A DNA stretch of 48,832 nucleotides, filler included, from Bipalium vagum (lineage: Eukaryota): the NCBI GenBank assembly GCA_037834085.1. It is 3 parts of 3 records of this genome, joined end to end, with 100 filler letters (N's around TTAATTAATTAA, not from the genome) between each part and the next. Parts side by side here need not be neighbours in the genome. Positions count along the whole stretch, not along the records: positions 1 to 16,238 come from JBBMKC010121048.1; 2 more parts are not named here. One strand, written 5' to 3'. The notes below the pieces were generated by a model that worked only from the letters and a program-made list of their open reading frames with translations, did not search any database and was not told where the DNA came from. Positions 1 through 13,600 of this stretch are shown here, piece after piece. A program made the position numbers and the translations under genes. Position 1 is the stretch's first letter. Each line of letters begins with the position of its first letter.

Positions 1-1617
1 AAAAGATCATAGATAACAATGGAAATTACTTTTGTTAAGTTTCTTATTTTATCTATGTAAAAATTCATTTTTAAAAAATAAATTGTATTAGTTGGATTTT
101 GAACTTTACAATCCAATATTACACACTTCAAAATCTTGGGAATTACTTTTGGCGAACAAAATAAATTAATTTAATATTCACAAGGTCGGAAAAATGTATT
201 TTATAACGGTACTAAACAAAAAGTTGACAAAATTGGTTTATCTTAATAAAAGATCGCATAATATCGAATACTCAATTTTGGCTGCCTTCAAATTGTTCAT
301 TGAAAATAATACTTTCTAATATAAGAGTTGATTATTTGTTTTAATCCACGAAAATAACAACAACCTTTTTATGAAAGAATATTGAATATTTTCAAGATCT
401 TCGTAATATTTTTTTAAGATTTTCTCAAATAATTTCAATTGCATTAACTACCAAATATTCTTTGCTTGAATGTACACCAAAATTACCTTTTATATCACTT
501 ATAAAATGTTTGGAAAATTAATATAGGCTAGTGTTTCATTAAAATATTGTCTCAAAAACAAGGTGTAGATATTTAAGTAAATCTTTTATTCTTAATAGTT
601 CAAAAGTAAAAATGCTGTTAGAATAATATAAAAGATAAAAAAAGAATTAAAAGATTTACTTTAAAAGATAGATTGGTTTAGTCGAGTACCAAAATATAAT
701 TTGCACTAAATCCGATAATTATTTTCTTTCATATTAATACCAAGACTTAATCTGAATCAAATCATAAATCATTATTATTAAATTCATAAAATAATAAATT
801 ATATGATTTCACTGTTATCAAACAAATGTTCTTTTTTAATTTATTTATTTAACTTTGATTATACCGACAAATAATTATTTTAAATTTATTTGATAAAAAA
901 ATAATTTATTTATTCGCATTATAAAGATATTACTTTAAAGTTACTATCTTTGATCTTCTTATCAGTTTTAGATAAGGCTATTAAGAAACACGAGTCACAC
1001 AACCAAAACCTTCAAATTTGACATAATGTATCACAATACCATAAATCATTAAAAACCTTTAAAATCATATTCGAACAATACATTGCCAAGCTTCATTTTC
1101 TACCTTAATACTGTATATTTTACATGATGTTTTTATGTTCTTTCTCTTAAAAAAATGATAAACAACAGATCGATAAAAACCATCAGAACAATGGAAATAA
1201 AATTTTCCTATATATATACCGGGCTTGAAAAACCAATTGTCGCACAAAAGCACAAAACCATGGAAAATATATTACGTGAAAACAAAATATAAATAATCAC
1301 GAAAGTGCAAATAAATTTTCAATCGATATTATTTTCAATTAATTAATTGAAATAAAAAATAAACATCATTTATTCATAATTTTTATCCACGGAACATCTT
1401 TTAAATATCAACATAACGGAATACAGAGTTGTGGAAGCCAATAACACGCTTATGAAATATTTCCGGATAAATCGTGCAGATAAAAACCATTTATTAAAAA
1501 TATAAGAAAATGTGGAAATAATAATCAATAATAATCATGATAATAATAATAGTATTCTAACAACAAAGAGTGTCCCACCCAATGGTGAGTTTGGACTGAT
1601 AACCGAATGATAATTGG

Positions 1618-4600
1618 TTAAAGTTGAATGGTTTCGTCTGGTGACTGGTTTTCAACTTCCGTGGGGTTTACGATTTCCATGTTGAAATTTTCTGATGTTA
1701 TTACCGTTTCGCTATTGGACATTCTGTTGTGATTTGAGAGTGACATGTTTTCTTCTTGATCTGTTAAATTCTGATCGGTGTTGGGATCGATATTTCGAAT
1801 GGGAGATGTTGGTCTAGAGTCTGAAAAATTCATTTACTCAAATTTTTCAACTAAGATAACATCATAAAGCTATAATAATTTTAGATCAATTTAAAATAAA
1901 ATATTTTGTAAAATGATAATTTATTAATTAACATTTGATTGCTACCGGGCCAATCCATTGTCTTGGGTGGAAAATGATCTCGTGTGTATTGGCTTGACGA
2001 CAACACATAACTATTGATGTTAGGAGAACAAGAGTAATTTTTCTGAAACGCCGAATCATATATATCATTCTAAAGATTGAGACGAACGGTACAGAAAGTC
2101 AGCAAGCATCGATCTTAACTGACACCGAACGTGTTCAACATATTTTAACAACATATTTTAACAATATTTTATCTCTTTCACTCTTTAAATTTAGTAAATG
2201 AAAATAAAACTTTAATTTTTCCTCTATTATCTTCTCCCAATCTCTTTCTTTTTCTATTTCAATTTTTACTGACTCTTAATTCCTTCTTCGTATGTCTTTG
2301 ATTCAATGACTTTTACCTCACCACCTCTGATATTTTCTATATTTCTGTCTCCTTTCAATACCTTACAACGCATATCGTAGACTATTGATTTGGCCTAAAG
2401 GTTATTAAATTTTTAGAATGAAACTAACCATGTCTGCATTTGCTAGATTGGCAGCGCATAACTATTATGTTTAAGTCAAAATAAACTATTGTGAGACACA
2501 AAATCATATTTATATAACGCTATAAAGATAGGATTGGACGAGTGATTGTCTCTAGCAGAAATGTGTTTAAAAATTTAAGAAGTTTCCAAATATTGATTAC
2601 CTCAAATAATCAATATCAATTTTCTAAATAATTAATAATGATATTGCAGTTAAATTATGCTATATGACCTTAGAAAATATTTTTCTTCAAAATTGATTTC
2701 ATTTTTATAAAAATTCTAAGTATATTTTTTGTTACTATGTATTATTTATTGACCAAACATATAATAAATTTTGTTCACTTAGATTGCTCACCTTTTATTT
2801 CATTAAATTAAGTTTCACTCTGATAAAATTTAAAACTATTGTCATGACTATTTCCTATGGAAACTTCTCAGTTACTCTTGCACAAAATAATTAATTGAAT
2901 TAAAAAGAAATACCTGTTTCTGGAAGAATAATTCTGGCAGAGGCCGGTCGAGAATTGCCTACAATAGAAGATTGTCTTGGGGTTCCTTTTATAGCCGATT
3001 TTGGTCGAGCGGTAACGAAAGCTCCTCTGGGAGTGAGCGTTTGACTGCGCTGTTACGAGGGATATCTTTTAATTTTATTATATTTATAGAACAGTTAAAT
3101 TTAGTTGAGATAACTTTTACAGTTCAATAATTATAAGAAATTTTTTATTTTATGATATTTTAACGAGTTTATTTTCGTTAGTAATAAAATTTATTAATTA
3201 TTTTAATCATACAAATCCATCTATACCCAAAAAATATTGTTAATCTAAATTAAAAATTGATAAATATATTGATTTATTTAAAAATTTAAGAATTCATTAA
3301 TTATAAGAACATTATAAGTAATAGGTAATTTTTGTTATATTTCAAAGATATTAGACTTTTAATTTAGTTGTGTCATTAGATAGTTTTTTTCAAAAAGCTA
3401 CGTGGTTAAAAATTAAGAGATTACTAACATGGAAGAATTGATTCTTTGATAAATATTTAATTCATTTCAATAGATGTAAATCAATATTTTTACACAAGTT
3501 ATATACAGAAACATGTTGATGTATGTATATTGGACTTTAAAGAGGTTTTCAAATTATTTGAACAATCAGAAAATGTATTACCAGAATAAGAGTACAGTAA
3601 GGCCGAAAAGTTTCCCCAAAAATAAAATAAATTGTTAATATGGATTTGAGCAATACAAATATATAAAACACCTTGAAACGTAATCCAAAAATTGAAAAAT
3701 TCCTATAAGATTTGTAGTAAACACGACTTCAACTAAATGGAAGTAAGTATGGTTTACCGATAAAAAACAAATTTGGTGAGTATGATGTTTATGACGGATA
3801 TCGGCTTGAAAGAATCCTTATTTTTTCTAAAAAATATTTTGTCGAAAGTTCCGTAATGATACGGATAAAACTTAACTCATATAGTTGAAATTAGAGTTCA
3901 TACCAAACAAGACTTGACAGTAACACATACCAAGGTGTCTTAAGAAAAAGTTTGTTGTCCTATTTTAAAGTATTCCGAAGACAGATCCGACAACAAAAAG
4001 AAACATGTCATATCAGTCGAAGTCACATATCCTACAATGTTCGAGGTATAAAGTAGCATGTATGCTCATCTAACCTTAATCCTATTACGTTTTATGAAGA
4101 CGAATATAGTATACAAATACATATATATAGTATACATACGAAGAACCAAGAGACAGAAAATGACCTTGACAAAGCTACATTGGATGTCTGGAACTCAATT
4201 CTAAAGGTCACTGTTGGAAATTCAAATCGGGGCACTCCAAATAGAAATTTTTATTTAATTTCAAATAGTGGGAGCCAAATTTATTATTAGTAAAGAATAT
4301 GAGTACTTTTTTATTGATGTACTTTTTCAGAAATTAATAAATGTTCTTAAAAATAAAAATTCTTATAACCGAATTGATCAGCTGGCTGAAAAATCCCTTG
4401 TTTACAGAGTAAAGCATTCTATAAGGGGTAAATAGAAAATAAAAAGAAAAGATCAGTTTTGAATTTTATTGCAACACTGCGTTTTCTTATTGGCGAAATT
4501 TTGAGAATAACTGTCGAAAGCTTTTAATTGCGATTATTTAAGTGAATGATTGAGTATAGTTTCGATGCTTATTAATTACCAATGGGATTCGGCGGGTTCA

Positions 4601-7600
4601 GTCTACTTTAGAAGACCTAAAGGTTTCTAACTGATGACTCAGAGATCTACTGCATTAATATAAATAAAATAACCAGATATTTTTTACTAAGATATTTTGG
4701 ATGTTTTTTTAATTTCCCCAAAATAATACAATTCATTACAATAATCTTCAATATTAATTGACTTTAACCTTTGAAATGATGAAATGGAACAAAAAATAAT
4801 AAGCTATTGACTGAATAAATATTTATTTTGTAATAAATTCACCGAAATTATTTTCTAATACAATTTTTATTTAAACAAAACTGTTTATATTTTTAAAAAA
4901 TTGTGTTCAATAATAAATCTCCGGAAGTGATATGATTGATTATGTATAATAGAATGTTGTATTAACACGACCTATGGAAATAATGTTCATTATTTACCAT
5001 TTAAAGAATTTTGTTGAATTTGATTGAATAAAAACAGAAAAAACATTTATATTTTAAAAATAAGTAACCTATCAATCATTTAAATGAAAAAAAGCAAGAA
5101 GACAGTTGATCATTATCAACGTCATTGATAGCATCATAAGATTATATTTTTGTTTCAGGTTTTCAGTCTTTAAATGGAATAAATATGTCCTTCAAAAACA
5201 ATTAATTTTTAAAATATTTTATTCAATACAATTCTGATGCGGGGAAATTTTCAAATATGTTCAAAAAAAGAAAATAATGAAAAAAAGACAACACCAATAA
5301 TTATTTAATTGATTAAAACTAATTTACAAATTTTATATCTCATTTTCAAGAGGCAATGGAAAAACCAAATGGACGAAGATTTTGTGATTATTAATATTTT
5401 ATCAATTTTGAACTTTACTTTTAGCGCGTTTAAACAAAACTAAAACAATTTTTTTTGATTTTCAAAATTTACCTAAAACACAATAATAATGTCTTCGGAT
5501 TAATAAAATAATATCAAATAATAAACGAGAGAATCTAATAGTTTAAACATTATTTTTTATTATAAATCTATGTTGATAATAAACTATAAGTTATCGATTT
5601 TTATCGCTTCATCACTATTTCTTTTTTATAAAAGGGTTTTTCTCTTTTCATTAAAATTTTAATCTTTCTAAAATAATATTAAATGATCGTCTTTTGGTAT
5701 TTACATCTGGTTCACACAAAATTTATCTCATCCATTGAAAATATTTCTCCAGTTGCATTAAAATTATTGATTACTGCAGATTAAGAAGTAAAAATAATTT
5801 TTTAAAAAATATATTATTATTATTACTGTTAATTGTAATATGGAATTCACTTCATTGGTCAAGAATTTAAAAATGTACAAATTAAAATTATACCTGGGTT
5901 ATGGTCACCGGAGGAAGTTTATCATTGGTGTTCTGATCCACATAATTGCTGTTATTATTTATCAATGTTGTTTGACTTCTATCGAATCGACCCTTATAAA
6001 TATGTCCATCAAGTCCATGCAAATCCAATTCATCTCTATAATTTGTTAAATAGTTTTATTTTGCCAAAAGAGTATACTTGATGCTTTTCGTATACATTTC
6101 ATCTTCGACAAAAGAATTGCTGAACAATACATATGATTTTCATTGGCAAACAATCAAAAAAGTTCTTGCTTTATGTTTCCTAAACGAGTTAATTTTTTCT
6201 GTGGATAGGTGGTAGTATGACTACCGCCACAAGGACGAGGCGTTTGGTACACATCGATTATATCGTTACCGTAACTGTCATATTAAAGTGTTTATTAATA
6301 AAAATAATAAGTGCCAATAATCTTTATTTATTAATATATTGGTGTAATTAAAAGCAGAAAGTTAAGTTAACAGTGGTTTTTCATTTACAGGTGCAATCAA
6401 GACGGACACCCAGCTGAACACCAAATGGTACGTATTATAATAAACTGTTTTACCTTACATATTTTGGATTGACAAATCGTGTCTCCTGAGTACTGACAAA
6501 CAAATTCAATTCAGATTAATTGTTTAGAATAAAAAAATAATATAATTTTATTTATAAAAATTCATCAGTCATCAAATTGTAGGTCCATATTCGAAAACTG
6601 GTAATCGAGATGGAATTAGTAACGGGTGATAACTAGAAATCTGGTCTAATTTTATCTTTACAGAAAAAGTAACAGACAGCAATTTTTTAAATAAAATTAT
6701 ATTTCACATAAAACCTTACTCTAATAACAATATATTTTCATTAATGTACAACGGAGTATGGACCATGATCGGTTACATGTTTCAACTTTGTCATTATACC
6801 TCAACAAGCCTCTTGTACGTAGTTAGTGTCTATTTTTCTCAAGCAAAGTATCTCGCTTTTAAAAAGTATTGGGTCTTTTTTGGCGTAATATGAAGAGACA
6901 TTGTCCGGCTAGAGCACGAAGTTGCCATTAGAACGATGACCTTTCAAAAAAGGAATTAAAATCTTGGACAAACTTTCCTCTAGGTATACTTTCTGATACT
7001 CCATTATTGAACCATGGTTTTGAAACATCTTTCTCAAAGATGACAATGTACAACATAAGATTCTTTTCATATTGTTTCTGGAACTTGTATTTTATATTAG
7101 GTGGAGATGTAGCAGGACTGTAAGAATAAAACGCGTTATTTCCAGGTACTTTAGAGTTGAAAAGTAATATTTGTCATTGATTTGTTGATTTCATAAAAAT
7201 TTACAGCGAGCTCTCAAATAATATGTTGTTTTGAGGCCATTTTTTTGTAAAATAGTTTATTAAAAAAATTTTATTGTTAGGTTGTAACATATAAAATGTG
7301 CCTATTTAAAAATGGCTTAAAACATATTTTCAGTAATAATTGATGAAAATTAAATTTTGATATATCGATTTAAAGGTTATAAATTGCTTTATATATCTGA
7401 CGGAGTATATTTTGATTAATAAAAACTTTTTACTAGTATCTCATGGTGGTTAAAATATTTTAACCAAATGCGACATTTCATATGTTAAAACCTAATATAA
7501 ATAATAATTAATAACCGTAGCAACGATAAAATATGTTTATAATACCTATCTTTAAAAAATTATGCATTTGAAATTAGTCCAGATTTCTAATTAACACCCG

Positions 7601-10600
7601 TTAGAAAAAATATCAATGAAATAAACTAATTACATTAGTAAAATTAATAAATAAAACGAAATAATTAAGGATATGGTAGATTCAAGGGGTAATATCTACG
7701 TGCAATGCTTACTTGTGAATATTCCAAAATAAAATGATAACTATGGTTTAGAAAGAACTGATTAAGAAAAAATATTACAATAAATGTCATAAGAGAAATT
7801 TGATCAAAATTTAAAAAGGAACTTTTTTATATTGTATAATATTACATTTGTAATATGTTTCCATCTTTCATTTACAAAGTTCATTGGCCTCCAAATTCAT
7901 TTATCTTAACCCATTAGACAATTCTATTTGATTGAAATTTGTTTAGAAAAATTATTCAATAAATTTGAATAAGATTCAATCAAAAAAGACAATAAGTGAT
8001 GAGTTAAAACGAGCTGTGAAAAGAATAAGATAAAATATCTTAGAAAGTTGCAAAAAATGATCTATTAAGTTATATCGTCTTAAAAAAATAACCCTCTTTT
8101 TTTATAATAAAAATACATTTTATTATATATATATATATATAAATTGAATACTGAATCTTTCAAAAAAGTTTTAAACAAAAGGCTTTTTATTAAGTGCAAA
8201 TAATAAAAAATTAAAAACCGCCATTCATTTTGGATCATCAGATAATATTGAATAATCATGAAACATGCGATTTTCGACATCATTGCTATATTTTATGGGT
8301 TGTGTTAGAAGCAAAAACAAAATAATAATTAATATTTTTATTTTTATTTTAAGAAGTAAGACAAGAGATAACAATTAAAATATCTAAAACTCTCAAACAT
8401 TATATTTGTCGAGTCTGTTAAAATTAATATATTAATTTATTCTTAAAGTTTTATAAAAATGAGTAAAATTTTGATTAATCTTTACTGATAAAAAATAATA
8501 AGCTAAATAAATATTTCAATTGTACTAGAAAGTAATATAATTATTCTAAGTACTATATAGAATACAAATGAAAATCATAAACCAAAAGATGTAATATAAT
8601 GATCACTAATAATAAAAATAACAAAAATAATAATAAAAATAAAAATAAATTACAAACAATATATTATTACTACTACTACTAGTAAAACATTATTACTGAA
8701 AATAAGAAAATAGAATAATGATGCAAAATTATAAATAATAATTAAAAATTATTGATAAAACCGACAAAAATAATAATAAATATTATTACGAATAAAATAG
8801 AAAAAATCGTAATAAAATTATCAATGTTATTAATAAATTAAGAATAAAATACAAAGATATAAGTCATCTTGGGAGAATAAGATATAGCCATTATCAAAGC
8901 TTTTTAATTTTAAAACAAACGCATAAATGGAAAATAAACATGCAATAACGAAAAATAATGAATAAAATTATCAAATCCAACCGTTTTGTGTGATTTTGGA
9001 TATAAATATTTTTATTGCTAAAATTATATATGTTGTCAAACAGTTCCACGAAATCAATAATCAATAAAATCAATAATACTTTTTCGGCATATGTCTGAGA
9101 CTATCGAGCTCAAATATATTCTGAGGTCTCATCGATTTTGTAGGCGGCAATCCTTTCGGTTCCGGAAGTCCGTTAACATAGTTCAATCTGAAAAATATCC
9201 GAATTGGAAATCAATTCAATCCATCACTGACAAGAAGAGAAAATGTTTACGAATTGGGTAAAATATCGACAGGTCGGTCACAGGATATGCAATGGAAATG
9301 TTGCAACAGCTGTTTGCGCAATCCAGCCGCATCGTCTTCTACATAATCTCCACCACCTCGAACATTCTTCAATTTCTCAGCCAGTTTACGAAGTCGCTTT
9401 TCGAACCACTCTTTCAGTGCATTCAAATCGTCCTTATCCACTTTTCCATAAACGTCTTGGGCCAGTGATTTCAAAAGGTTTCTCAATTCTTCCTCCTTAA
9501 TTTACAAAAACCAATCAGAAATCGATCCCAATGAATTCAACCAACAGCTGCAAGTAGTTTCTTCAACATGTCGTCGATAAGGTTGTGCAAATTGCCAGTG
9601 GTTTCATCGAACAGACTGAAGTTGACTTTGGCATCCAGAAGACTCTTGTCGGCTTTCTGAAATATTTGAAACGGGATATAAACCATCCAACTAAAGACGA
9701 AAATGAAAGACCACGAACAATATTATTTTATATAGACCAAATTAGCACTTTCTCTTAAAATAAAAATCAATACAAAGAAAAATTAATCAAAGTTCTCAGA
9801 TCTTTATTATTGATATTATTATCAGACTGAGAAATCATTAAAGTGTGTCGAAGAAAATTCACCCGACCGTAGTAAAAAGGAACACTGTAAAATGAAGAAG
9901 TAACAATTGAATAACAATAGAAATAGACAGACTTGAAAATATAATAGGACAAGCTTGTCAGACTTATGGATTTTGTTTCATTATTTGAGACCTGATAAAA
10001 TTTCGTATTGATTGTAACCTTATAAATTATCCAAAATAAAACTTGGGTAAAAGGATTTTACATTGACAAAAAGCCTTAAAATCCCAAAGATCAGAATGAT
10101 AAGAGTACATCATTATAAAAATTTAATTAAAATAAAGGAAAAAGATTGTAATGAATATTTTCACTTTATTTTGTTGAGAAGGAATAAGTTGAAAATTTGT
10201 ATAAAAGATACTTGTTATGATAATTAATAATATAAAATAAAAAAAAATTTAAAAATATATATATTAATAATTATTAGTATTAATTAATAATAATAAATAA
10301 TAATAATTTGACACAAGATTTTATTCAGATTTTTATTAATTATATTCATATTATTAAAAGTAAATTTCCTAACAGTTCTCAGCAGTCCATCCACATAACT
10401 GATATCGGACTTGCGGCTCTCGTGGTCTTTTGTGATTCCAAATAATTCCTAAATTCAAATAATGGAATATCGATATCCACAGATTTGCAGCTCACCTCTA
10501 TCTGATTTAATAAATCTTTGTTTTCATTTGATAATTTATCCAATGTATCATTGACTCCGTTCATTTTATCTTGTAAGCTACTGAGAATGTCCCTGATTCT

Positions 10601-13600
10601 GGCCAGAGCCTCGGTGTCCTGTCAAATTAGATTGTTAATGGGAAAAGTTAACAGAAGAAGGGAAAAGCGGGAAATCGGGATGCTTTTAATCAAATGATGA
10701 GTGAAATTAGTGAACAACAACAACAAATATTCAAACGTGTTACCATACCGTATTAATAATTTCTGGTTCAATCTATTAAAGATTAACAATAAAAATATAA
10801 CATAAATCAATGTTTTTAATAATCTTTTATAATAAATAAGGTTTTTTCATGCTGAAAATGTAATTGAATGTGGAAATAAAATATTCATTAGATATATATA
10901 ATATATATATTAATAAATAAAAATAAAATCCAAACGGAATAGTTCTTTGTCAACGAACAGCGGTTAGTTTGTTTCAAACACAAAATCCGAAAAAAATTTG
11001 AGTGAATAAGATAAAGATTTGATTAATTAACAATATTTAAAATTTTTAATAAAAACAACATCAAGAAACAGTTCCACTTCTCAGAATACAAGAAAAGTCA
11101 TAAGGAATGTTAGAAGGTAAGGCTAATTCAGTATAGACTGATAATTTTCACATGACAGATCTATTTGACGGCTCTACTTCTGATGTCTATATTTAACCAT
11201 TAATTGAATAAAAATGAAATGTATATTTTTTATCAGTGACCCATAAAATAAAATGCAAAAAATGTTCTAAATTTCATAGTCAAAATAAACTACTTGCCAG
11301 TTGAATATTATTTCTGAGCTTTATAAAAGGATTTTTTATAATATATTTTTTTGTAAATTCAATTTTAAATCATTTTCCAAATTATTAGCGAATTTTATCA
11401 AGCTCATTATTATCAATTATCATTACGTTTGCTAATAATATAATAAAATACCTTATTACATTATTCATTAATCGAATTTCTTCTTATTAATTAAAAAAAC
11501 ATTTAAAAAGACATAAAAAATAATATAATTATAAAGGCATAATGTATATTATTATTTTATTTTTATTATTTAATTATTTTAGAATAAATTAGTAAATTAG
11601 TAAAACAATCAAATGAAATATAAATGATTAATTAATCTTACTGTATTTATTTAACTTATTAATTAATTTTTTTATTGAAAATATATTCAAAATAAAATAA
11701 AATAAAGATATTGTTAAATAATAATCACAGAAAAAAGAACAAAAATCGCAATTAAACATACTGATCATCAGAAAATATAATTGTCTCATTTGATATTGAA
11801 ATTTGTCAATTAGATCTGTGTATACATTAATTGGTGCTTAACAGAAATAACAGAAAAAAATTATATCTTCAAATACGAAGATGTTTCTAAATTAATAATC
11901 TAAAACCACTTAAGTGCAATTAAATTTTTATGAAAAATATAATTAAAATTCATCTGTTTTTTGCTTTTCTTTTGTAAACCGTTTCCAAAGTTCTTTGATT
12001 CATATGATAAAAAATAATCACAATTTTTTGATACGTTTAATTTTTTATGGTATATAACAATATTTGTATTACAATGTAAATTTTATTCATAATTTTATAA
12101 CTTTTATGATCAAGATGCGTTATAAATGATGCAAAAACAAAAAATATGAATATTTATTATTATTATTTATTATTGTTATTATTATTATAAAGTTTTCTAT
12201 CAATTTTCAAAAAAATTAAGCTTTTATTCAAGTTTTTTATCTGTATAATAAATTACTTTGAAATAGTTAAACAAAAATACGACATTTCTTATGACTCACC
12301 CAAATATTAGAACTTTGGTGTTTTAGATAATTCAGAAAGGTCATTTGTTAAAATGACTAAAATTATTTAATAACAAAATCCCAATGACCAAGATTTTCCA
12401 AAACTAAATCTTCTTTAATAAAATAAATATCTTATTTTAAAATGTGCACTCTTTTTCAAACTATTTAAATTTCCTTTTGTAAAACTTGATTGTCATCAAA
12501 TCAATAAATTCAATTTTGAAATCGTATTATTAAATTGTAAAAAAATGGGCCGATCTTAAAAGGGTTTCAAATTTCATTTGAAATTTTTTGTCTTTTTTAT
12601 TTGTGGCAACAGTAGACATGTTATTTACTTTCGATTTTTAAAACAAAATAACGAGCTTCTTTTTTGATTATGAAATAATGGACATTTTCAAAAAGGATAC
12701 TTCGACTCATGAGAGCTGGAATTAACAATAGAACAATCGTAAAATTTTAAAAGACGGCACTGACTATCTGTGACAGCATTTCCGGAACTTTTCGTATACA
12801 TTAATAAAATTCGAACATTATACGATTTGATCGATCTGGATCAAATAAAAGCAGAGTCAAGAGAACTTAATGATTTTTTGTCTTTAGTCTTCTTGAATTC
12901 TATACCATTTGATCTAATAAGTTATCAGCTAACATTCAACCTTGTTTTACAAAAGAAGAAGATTTTTGTTCTTTTCTTTTGTCTTTTTTCAAAAAAATAT
13001 TAAAATTCAATAAAATAATAAAATTAATAAAACTAAACAAACCCGATTTTTCGTTGAAACTAAAGAATCCATTTGCGATTTCAGTTGACTGATCGTTTTT
13101 AATAAGTCATCGGGTATTTTCAGATTTTCCAGTTCCGACTTATCAGCCTTGTTAGGCATCTCTTCCTATAGTTTGCAAAGATTTTAATTATAAATTTTAA
13201 GAAATTTTTTCAGTTTAAGTAACGCAATTAGCTAGAAAACTAAAATTATATGACGATCGTCATTATTGAGATCAAACGAAACGAGAAATTTCTATCTATC
13301 ATTTTTAGTTATATAAACAGTTTCTTTGGCAAATAGTACTGTCTCGAATCGGCCTTTATATTTCTATGTTTTTCTTGAATAGTGGAAAGTAAATAAAATG
13401 AGACTAATTTTCATTCAAAGATAGGAAAATTATAAAATACCTTAAAGAATTGAAAAAATATATTTTAAAAATTGTACAAAAAACTGTTCCTAAGAAGGAA
13501 TTACAGATAGTGGAACATGCTTAATTTTCTTTCATCATTTATTGTTTCGTCTTCGGCTGGCAGATTGAATTTTGACAGCAATTAAAACTATAACAACATT

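Noticed and set aside
1940-2045. Less AT-rich patch that could be an extra QRICH2-like exon
   Set aside because: No acceptor/donor pair found that preserves phase 1 on both sides without a stop.
2180-2400. Purine-rich minus-strand patch (ERDWEKIIEE) resembling a Gypsy integrase tail
   Set aside because: Too short and decayed to call.
8560-8860. AAT/TAA-rich quasi-repeats (also 10200-10310, 21300-21360, 38600-38700)
   Set aside because: Ordinary low-complexity intron sequence with no repeat-spacer periodicity; not CRISPR-like.
9243-9500. Plus-strand ORF overlapping the QRICH2-like exon (likewise 38274-38711, 34165-34350, 48301-48667)
   Set aside because: Antisense shadow ORFs of real, less AT-rich minus-strand exons.
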